A DNA stretch of 58,264 nt, counting the filler, from an uncultured bacterium (lineage in GTDB: Bacteria; DAOPZR01), in the NCBI GenBank assembly GCA_964637655.1. It is 2 parts of 2 records of this genome, joined end to end, with 100 filler letters (N's around TTAATTAATTAA, not from the genome) between each part and the next. Parts side by side here need not be neighbours in the genome. Positions count along the whole stretch, not along the records: positions 1 to 29,264 come from CAZWUZ010000015.1; 1 more part is not named here. One strand, 5' to 3'. Position 1 is the stretch's first letter, and each line of letters opens with the position of its first letter. A program made the translations under genes and the position numbers. Below, piece after piece: positions 9,287 to 15,889 of the stretch. The notes below the pieces were generated by a model that was not told where the DNA came from, made no database searches, and worked only from the letters and a program-made list of their open reading frames with translations.

Positions 9287-9311
9287 CCCCTCATCCCCTC
9301 ATCCCCCTCAT
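9278..9311 (-). repeat. Tandem repeat (ATGAGGGG[G]) x4 at the btuF start
   Basis: Minus strand reads ATGAGGGGG ATGAGGGG ATGAGGGG ATGAGGGGG; the last ATG is the btuF start. Confidence 0.85.
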
Positions 9312-9329
9312 CACACTGAGAAAGGCACT

Positions 9330-9885
9330 TGTTTGACCACAGCACACGGAGTGCACGGAGGGATGCACCGGAGCGGACAGCTACCGGGCCCGGCAGGCAT
9401 GTACCAGCGAACGTTCCAGCAGCAGTGACACCGGCACACCGCTGACGCTCCGCGTGCTCTGCAGTAAGGTTTCGCTTCACGGCACTGGACTCCCGATTAT
9501 ACATTTCGGGAATGACGATCTTGTCTTGTGAAGTTTCCGCGGCGGTCTCGTCTTTGGTTGTCACTCCTGAAACGGGTAATCGGGAGTCCGGCATTTCCCC
9601 CTGCATCAGGATGTTTTCCGTGTGCTCTGTAGTGAACCTGCCGTTGCCGTGCGCCCGCAGGGCCATCTCCGGCATCAGTCTCCTGCCGTTCTCCGCGTGC
9701 TCCGTGTGCTCCGTGGTGACCGTTGTTGCCGGTCCGGCCGACGCAGCCGCAGCGCCGCCGGCACACCGCTGACGCTCCGCGTGCTCTGTGGTAAACCTGC
9801 CGTTGCCGTTCGCCCGCAGGGCCATCTCCGGCATCAGTCTCCTGCCGTTCTCCGCGTGCTCTGTGTGCTCTGTGGTGAACATGCT
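9330..9885. repeat. Composite palindromic repeat array 2 (same family as 3650-4250)
   Basis: CTCCGCGTGCTC(C/T)GTG..GTGAAC/GTAAA units at ~9448, 9617, 9691, 9775, 9850; ~88-nt direct duplication 9632-9719 vs 9791-9878; inverted hairpin pair GGACTCCCGATTATACATTTCGGGAATGAC (9487-9516) and GTCACTCCTGAAACGGGTAATCGGGAGTCC (9560-9589). Confidence 0.9.
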
Positions 9886-9893
9886 GTACCGCC

Positions 9894-11774
9894 TCAAAAA
9901 TCAAGCCGCAGGCCGGCACGAATGCTCCGCCCCGCCTCGTAGTATTCATATCTGCTGGCGCCCGACAGGTCGCCCGCGGTCGCGTTTTCACGGTCGAACA
10001 GGTTGGTCACGCCGACGGTGAACTCGCCCCACCCGTCGGGCAGCGCGATGCCCACCGTCGCGTCCGTGCTGACGAAATCTGCGAGCGCGTTCTGCCGGTC
10101 GCAGAGCATGGTCTGGCTCACCGTGACGTTCACCGTGCCGTTGTCGAAGGCCAGCGAGGGCTTGAGCTGCCACTCCGCCCCCGTCTGCGTCCTGCTATTC
10201 TGCGCATTGACAAATTCCGCATCGGCGTAGCACCCGGCAAACGACACCTGCCAGTGCTCGTGCGGAGTAATGCCGAGATCCCATTCCACGCCCGTGCTGC
10301 GGTAGTAGCCGGTGTTGTAGTAGGTCAGCGGATTGCCGAGCGTGCGGTCGAACTCGATCTTGTCCTTGTAGCGCATGAGGAAGGGCGCCACCGTGAGGTC
10401 GAACCACTCCCCGTCATACTTCCCGCCAACCTCGTACGTCCAGCCGTGCTCAGGTTTCAGGTCGGGATTGCCGCGCACCAGGTTCGAGACACGGTAGAGG
10501 CGGGTCAGGTCAGGCGCCCGGAAGGCACGCCCGGCATTGGCATACAGCACGACCTTCTCCGCCACCTGCCATGACGCCTGCGCCGTCGGCATGAAGGTCG
10601 AGTAATCAGCCGCGTCCTTCTGCGTCACCCACTGGTGCCGCCCGCCGAGCGTCACTGCCAGCGCTTGCCACGGCCGCAGCGTCACCGTGCCATAGCCCGA
10701 CCAGTTGCGCCGCGTGCGCGTCCCGTACGCTGAACTCTTCACGCGATCGACCTGCCCGTCAGCCCCGACGAGATATTCCACCATCTCACTGATGCTGCCA
10801 TGATACTGCGGGTTGGCGCCCCAGCGGAAATAGTCGGTGGCATTCAGTTCCGGCGCGTTGTCCGTGCGATACCAGAGCAGGTCGCTCAGGTAATTCCCCT
10901 GCAGGGAGAACCCGTCATGCTCCCACGCCAGCGTCGCGAGGTTGCGGTTGCCCTCCTGCACCGAGCCCCGATGGCTGTTGCTGGTCGTCACCCGCCGGTC
11001 GGGCCACGGGTTGCGTACGAACCCCGTCGTCTCCCGTGATCCGAGCCAGCCGGCGGTAAGCCCGTCCACCGGCTCCAGCCTGATCAGCGCGCCGTAGTCG
11101 TCGGTCGGCATCTGGTCGTATTCCCAGAAACCGGTATGACTCTTCGCGATGCGGTCGAGCGCCCCGAGATGCGTGTGGCTGATGCTCGCCAGCCAGCGGG
11201 CGTCCGCCACGCTCACCGTGCTGCGCACAAACGCGTCGTTGCCCGCCTCACTCTGCACCGTCGCTTCGCGCCCCTGCGGCTTCCGCGTGATGATGTTGAT
11301 GACCCCGGTCATCGCCGCCGAACCGTACAGTGCCGAGTTGGCACCGCGCACCACTTCGATGCGCTCGATGGCGCTGACGGGAATGGTGTTGAGGTCGTAG
11401 CCGCCCCCCGACGGGTTGTTGAGCGCCTGCCCGTCAACGAGCACCAGCTCGCCGTCGGGCACGCCGCGCACCGGCAGTTCGCTGTTCATCCCCCCCTGGC
11501 TGCTGCCCAGCGGCCCGTAGGAGACGTAATCGAGTCCCCCGAGGCCGCGCACCGCTTCCGCCGCGCTGCGCGCCCCGCGCCGCTGCAGGTCATCTCCGCG
11601 GATGACCGTGGTGAAGGACGGGGTGGTCAGCACGGGCGTCGCATAGCGCTGCGCCGTCACCACCACTTCCGCCAGTTCAGTTGCCGGGGGTTCTGCTGCC
11701 CTGCTGCCTGAGGAAAAGAGCACTGCCACCGCTGCCGCCGCCAGCCACTGCCACTGCCGCCGCCTGCCGTCCAT
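9894..11774 (-). CDS. btuB: TonB-dependent receptor, probable cobalamin/cobinamide importer
   Basis: Signal peptide, TonB box EVVVTAQR, plug motif IERIEVVRGANSALYGSAAMTGVINIITRK, GRAFRAP, GNPDLKPE, NLFD, C-terminal Phe; downstream of a B12 riboswitch. Start reassigned to ATG 11774 (AGGAG SD). Confidence 0.9.
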   Translation of the reverse strand: MDGRRRQWQWLAAAAVAVLFSSGSRAAEPPATELAEVVVTAQRYATPVLTTPSFTTVIRGDDLQRRGARSAAEAVRGLGGLDYVSYGPLGSSQGGMNSELPVRGVPDGELVLVDGQALNNPSGGGYDLNTIPVSAIERIEVVRGANSALYGSAAMTGVINIITRKPQGREATVQSEAGNDAFVRSTVSVADARWLASISHTHLGALDRIAKSHTGFWEYDQMPTDDYGALIRLEPVDGLTAGWLGSRETTGFVRNPWPDRRVTTSNSHRGSVQEGNRNLATLAWEHDGFSLQGNYLSDLLWYRTDNAPELNATDYFRWGANPQYHGSISEMVEYLVGADGQVDRVKSSAYGTRTRRNWSGYGTVTLRPWQALAVTLGGRHQWVTQKDAADYSTFMPTAQASWQVAEKVVLYANAGRAFRAPDLTRLYRVSNLVRGNPDLKPEHGWTYEVGGKYDGEWFDLTVAPFLMRYKDKIEFDRTLGNPLTYYNTGYYRSTGVEWDLGITPHEHWQVSFAGCYADAEFVNAQNSRTQTGAEWQLKPSLAFDNGTVNVTVSQTMLCDRQNALADFVSTDATVGIALPDGWGEFTVGVTNLFDRENATAGDLSGASRYEYYEAGRSIRAGLRLDF

Positions 11775-11878
11775 CGTCCTGCTCCTGCGCACCGGCACGG
11801 CTGCTGCCCCCGCGCCGCCGGCAGGAAACACCGGACGGGCGGCTGTGCACGCGACAGCCGTACCTGTCAGTCGCCCGC

Positions 11879-12035
11879 GGGCAGGTCTTCTGGCTTCCGG
11901 GTCATCCTCCCGCTGCGCCTTCCCGCCATGCGACGCATGACAGTGGCACTGCTGCAGCGTTCGTCTCCGGTTACAGCGGCGCGTCCGCGGCCGATTTGCA
12001 CGGCCTTCCCGACTCCACATCGGAGCGCCCGCAGG
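11879..12035 (-). ncRNA. Cobalamin (AdoCbl) riboswitch
   Basis: Minus strand: ...GGGAAGGCCGTGCAAATCGGCCGCGGACGCGCCGCTGTAACCGG...GCCACTG...GGGAAGGCG...AAGCCAGAAGACCTGCC (B12 box); lies in the btuB leader. Confidence 0.93.
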
Positions 12036-12042
12036 CAGCGCG

Positions 12043-12071
12043 ATGATACGCCACCTGCCGCCGCTTGTCAA
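12043..12071 (-). promoter_or_regulatory. sigma70-like promoter of the riboswitch-btuB operon
   Basis: TTGACA(12071-12066)-N17-TATCAT(12048-12043), immediately upstream of the riboswitch. Confidence 0.65.
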
Positions 12072-12155
12072 CCACACGGGTTGCCTCACGTAAAATCATC
12101 GCGTAACTGATTCGTTGCCTCACATGAAATCTGCGCGAAAACACTCACGGCAGGC

Positions 12156-12297
12156 GGGGGCGGGTGTTGCCCCATCGACAAAACTATCCGTCCGGCCCGC
12201 GTATGCGCCCCCTGCACGACCGCGCCGTTTTGTGATTCTCTCCAGGAACGCAATTCACCCGAATTGAAAGTTTGTCAATTTGACAACACCCGCCCCC
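12156..12297. mobile_element. Second, degenerate copy of the 140-bp inverted-repeat element
   Basis: Right end AAGTTTGTCAATTTGACAACACCCGCCCCC (12268-12297) matches 5914-5943 at 28/30 nt; left end GGGGGCGGGTGTTGCCCCATCGACAAAACT is degenerate; span 142 bp. Confidence 0.6.
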
Positions 12298-12368
12298 TCC
12301 CGCGGTTGCATTACTGTTGACAGATGCGGTATAATCGGCGTTCAGGGGAATGACCCGGAGGCAGGCAG

Positions 12369-13568
12369 ATGAGCGACGTGAAACCCGAAACGGCGTACGC
12401 CCCGCCCGAGCGCGCGAGCGATGCGGTCATCAACGACCAGCACCGCCGCCTCGTCGGGGTCGAGTACATCAAGGCGGTGCTCAACGCCATCGGCCAGGTT
12501 GCCTTTATCCTCAACCGCGAGCGCCAGATTGTCTTCAGCAACCAGCCGTTGCTCGACATGCTTGGCGTGCAGGATGTCAGTCAGGTGCTCGGCAAACGGC
12601 CGGGCGAAATCGTCAGCTGCATCCACGCCGGGGCGAAGAACGGCTGCGGCACCTCCGCGGCGTGCGCGCAGTGCGGTGCGGTCAACGCCATCCTCGAATG
12701 CCAGCGCACGGGGCAGACCGTGACCCGCGAATGCCGCATCAGCGTGACCCGCGACGGTCTGCCCGGGTCGCTCGACCTGCGCACCACCGCCGCCGCTATC
12801 ATCGTGGGGGACGAGCCCTTCTATGTCGTTTCGCTTTTCGACATCAGCGATGAGAAGCGCCGCCGGGCGCTCGAACGTCTCTTCTTCCACGACATCATCA
12901 ATACCGCCAGCGGCATCGAGGGGTTGAGCAGTTTCGTCGTACAGAGCGAGTACGACCCCGAGAGCGTGCGCGAGACGCTCCCCATCATCAGCCGCAGCTC
13001 CAAGCACCTGCTGGACGAGATCGTCGCCCAGCGCGAACTGGTGCTCGCCGAGAGCGGCGACCTCAAGGTGCATACCGAGCAGGTTGACGCGCGCGCCGCG
13101 CTGGAGGAAACCGCTGATTTCTACCGCCAGTTGACGGTCTCCAGCGGCAAGGAAATCGTTATTGCTCCGGCCGGCGCCGGCACGTTTTCCACCGACCCGG
13201 CCATCCTCCGCCGGGTGCTCGGTAACCTGCTGAAAAACGCGCTCGAAGCGAGCGCAGCAGGGGACACTATCACCCTGCGCGCGACCGCACTCCCCGGCGG
13301 CGGCGTTTCCTTCTCCGTCCATAACCCGGCGGTCATGCCGGACGAGGTGCGGCACCAGGTCTTCCAGCGTTCGTTTTCGACCAAAGGGAAGAACCGCGGG
13401 CTGGGCACCTACAGCATCCGCCTGCTGACGCAGCGCTACCTGGGCGGCAGCGCGTCCTTCAACAGCAGCAAGCCGGAGGGGACAGTATTCACCATCTCGC
13501 TCCCCCCGGTACTGGTCATGCCCGAGTCGTCAACTGCGCTCCCCAGCATCCCGCACCTGCTCAAGTAG
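12369..13568 (+). CDS. Cytoplasmic sensor histidine kinase (Cys-rich PAS-like domain + HisKA + HATPase)
   Basis: H-box FFHDIINT, N-box RVLGNLLKNALEA, FQRSFSTKG, GLGTYS, GTVFTI; PAS-like N-terminus with CIH..GCGTSAACAQC. Promoter-like TTGCAT-N18-TATAAT at 12306-12335. Confidence 0.9.
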   Translation: MSDVKPETAYAPPERASDAVINDQHRRLVGVEYIKAVLNAIGQVAFILNRERQIVFSNQPLLDMLGVQDVSQVLGKRPGEIVSCIHAGAKNGCGTSAACAQCGAVNAILECQRTGQTVTRECRISVTRDGLPGSLDLRTTAAAIIVGDEPFYVVSLFDISDEKRRRALERLFFHDIINTASGIEGLSSFVVQSEYDPESVRETLPIISRSSKHLLDEIVAQRELVLAESGDLKVHTEQVDARAALEETADFYRQLTVSSGKEIVIAPAGAGTFSTDPAILRRVLGNLLKNALEASAAGDTITLRATALPGGGVSFSVHNPAVMPDEVRHQVFQRSFSTKGKNRGLGTYSIRLLTQRYLGGSASFNSSKPEGTVFTISLPPVLVMPESSTALPSIPHLLK

Positions 13569-13675
13569 CGGGGTACTACGTCGGCTCAAACGCATTTTCC
13601 GGCTTACCACATGCCACGCCACAACCGGAACCGTTTCCCACTGCAGCCCCGAAACCGCCAGGAGACCGTCCCCTT

Positions 13676-14038
13676 TTAATAGTCGGCGTTGGCGACCCAG
13701 ACGCGCGGGGTGTAGGGACGGCCCGCTGGCACCTCGTCGATGACGATGCGGTAATCGCGCGTCTCCCCCTGCTGCATGCGCCCGATATGCAGCCGGTTCT
13801 GCCCGAGCAGGTTTCCCGCGGGGCCCGTCAGTTCCGCGTGCAGCACCACATTATCCACCCCGCGCCCCGCATCGTTGCGCACCCGCCCGTTGATCACCAC
13901 AATGGTGGGCCGCTCGCGATGCTGGTGCATGGTCAGCAGCGTGATGTGCGCAGTTGCCTCACCGCCCGTCATCGCCGCCCCGCCCCCTGTGCATCCCGCC
14001 AGCAGCAGCCCCGCCAGCACCAAAAGCAGCCGTCGCAT
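13676..14038 (-). CDS. Lipoprotein with an FxLYD-like beta-sandwich domain
   Basis: MRRLLLVLAGLLLAGC lipobox; INGRVRND...VVLHAELTGPAGNLLG...MQQGETRDYRI pattern. Confidence 0.65.
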   Translation of the reverse strand: MRRLLLVLAGLLLAGCTGGGAAMTGGEATAHITLLTMHQHRERPTIVVINGRVRNDAGRGVDNVVLHAELTGPAGNLLGQNRLHIGRMQQGETRDYRIVIDEVPAGRPYTPRVWVANADY

Positions 14039-14142
14039 AAGCACCCCCGAACCCATGGCTGCGCCCATGCTACCACACCGCCGCCTGACTGTCACCTGCA
14101 GGCGCGAATATGGTATACTAAACAAAACGTCAGGAGGGTACC

Positions 14143-14877
14143 ATGCGTTCATCCAATCCCATGCTGCGCCAGTCGGTCTTCGACCGGGCCGCGCTCGACC
14201 GCGGCGCAACGATGACGGTCGCCGGCACCGCCGCGCGCACCTTCATCCTCTTGGTCATCATGCTCATGCCCGCGCTCTGGCTCTGGTGGCAGGCGGTGAC
14301 GGGCGCCGCGCCGCTGGTCGGGCCGTTCATGATCGGCGGCGTCATCACCGGGTTGGTCCTCGCCCTGGTCACCGTCTTCAAGCCGCTCTGGGCGCCGGTC
14401 ACCGCCCCGCTCTATGCCATCGCCGAGGGGTTCGCGGTCGGCGGCATCTCGCTGGTCTTCGCCGCGCAGTACGGCGGCATCGTCCTGCAGGCGGTGGCCG
14501 CCACCTTCGGGGTCGCTGCGGTGATGTTCGTCGCCTACAGCACCGGGCTGCTGCGCCCGACCGCGAAGTTCCGCGCCTTTGTCATCGCCGCCACCTTCGC
14601 CCTCATGCTTTTCTACCTCGCCAACCTCGTGCTCATGTTCTTCGGCAACACGTCCCTGAGCGTCTTCCACATGGGCTGGCTGGGCATCGGCATCTGCGCC
14701 TTCGCTGTCGGCCTCGCCGCGCTCAACCTGATCCTCGATTTCGGCTTCATCGCCGACATGGCGCAGCAGGGCGCCCCGAAGGCGTACGAGTGGTACGGCG
14801 CTTTCGGCCTGCTCGTCACGCTCATCTGGCTGTATATCGAACTGCTGCGGCTGCTCGCGCTGCTGCGTCGCCGCTGA
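14143..14877 (+). CDS. Bax inhibitor-1/YccA family membrane protein
   Basis: MRSSNP start, 7 TM, LILDF..I..GAPKAYEWYGAFGLLVTLIWLYIELLRLL; AGGAGG SD. Confidence 0.92.
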   Translation: MRSSNPMLRQSVFDRAALDRGATMTVAGTAARTFILLVIMLMPALWLWWQAVTGAAPLVGPFMIGGVITGLVLALVTVFKPLWAPVTAPLYAIAEGFAVGGISLVFAAQYGGIVLQAVAATFGVAAVMFVAYSTGLLRPTAKFRAFVIAATFALMLFYLANLVLMFFGNTSLSVFHMGWLGIGICAFAVGLAALNLILDFGFIADMAQQGAPKAYEWYGAFGLLVTLIWLYIELLRLLALLRRR

Positions 14878-14892
14878 CCAAGGAAGACCATC

Positions 14893-15885
14893 ATGCGCAC
14901 ACTGCTCATCCTCTGCTGCCTCATCGTCGCGGGGTGCACCGCCCCGCAGGGTACCGCGACCGGCGACCAGCCGGCCCAGCTGATCACCGCGACCGCCATC
15001 GGTCCGGAGATCCGCATCGACCGTGTTACCCCGTTTCCGGCACCCGACAACACCGTCGGCATCACCACCGAGCCGTTCCTGCTCACCGCCGACGTCAGCT
15101 ACCCGTCGTCATACGGCGACAACGGCACGCTGGTGCTCACGGTCAACAATACCGTGACCCCGTTCCGCGAGGTCGGCGGCGGCTACGGCGGCGGCCGGGT
15201 GACGCGCACGCTGCAGTTTTACGCGGGCGCACCGGGGGACAAGAACATTGTCGCCACCTACTCGATCGATGGCGAACCGTTCGCCACCACCCCGGTCAAC
15301 TACGGTTTCGTATCGCACGGCGATGTGCTGCTGCTCGACCGTTTCGACGGGGAGACACTCTTCGCCGCACAGCCGCTACGCTTCCTCGCCTACTTCGCGG
15401 GCGAGGTGCAGGCGACGCTCAACGGGACACCGCTGGCGCTCACCGCCGCGCGCCTCGACGCCGCGAATGCCGACCTGCTGCACGAATGCGCCGCCCCCGC
15501 CTATGTCGCGGGCACCAACACCCTGGTCGTGCGCTGGACCGGCAGCAACGGGCAGGCGCGCGAACGCAGCATCACCCTGCTCTATCATCCCGGATACCGG
15601 GTGCCGCGCCACCAGCCGGTACGCATCGCCTACGGCGAAGTCGGCTCACGCTCAGGCCCCTACTTCCGCCTCAATGCCGCGGACAGCACAACCGTCACCT
15701 TCAGCGGTAACCAGCAGAGCGCGATCTTTCCGGTCATCGAGCAGGGTTCGCTCGGCTACGGCACGCGCCTGCACTCGCAGGCGACGTTCCTGAAGCCCGG
15801 CCCGGTGGCGGTCTGGATCGAGCGCAAGGGGATGTTCCTGCTGCCGTTCGAACCGGCGGATACCGTAACCTTCAGCGTCGAGTAG
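14893..15885 (+). CDS. Hypothetical lipoprotein (beta-rich)
   Basis: MRTLLILCCLIVAGC lipobox, AAGGA SD, coding-like codon usage. Confidence 0.75.
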   Translation: MRTLLILCCLIVAGCTAPQGTATGDQPAQLITATAIGPEIRIDRVTPFPAPDNTVGITTEPFLLTADVSYPSSYGDNGTLVLTVNNTVTPFREVGGGYGGGRVTRTLQFYAGAPGDKNIVATYSIDGEPFATTPVNYGFVSHGDVLLLDRFDGETLFAAQPLRFLAYFAGEVQATLNGTPLALTAARLDAANADLLHECAAPAYVAGTNTLVVRWTGSNGQARERSITLLYHPGYRVPRHQPVRIAYGEVGSRSGPYFRLNAADSTTVTFSGNQQSAIFPVIEQGSLGYGTRLHSQATFLKPGPVAVWIERKGMFLLPFEPADTVTFSVE

Positions 15886-15889
15886 GGAC

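Noticed and set aside
9632-9878. Near-identical ~88-nt duplication as a DGR template/variable repeat pair
   Set aside because: Differences are few and not confined to adenines; no reverse transcriptase or target gene lies in the window.
3650-9885. Repeat/spacer-like arrays as CRISPR
   Set aside because: Units vary in length, occur in both orientations and have irregular, sometimes duplicated spacers; no cas gene or leader is present.
11775-12089. 105-aa N-terminal extension of the TonB-dependent receptor in the ORF track
   Set aside because: It overlaps the cobalamin riboswitch and promoter; the signal peptide and SD indicate a start at 11774.
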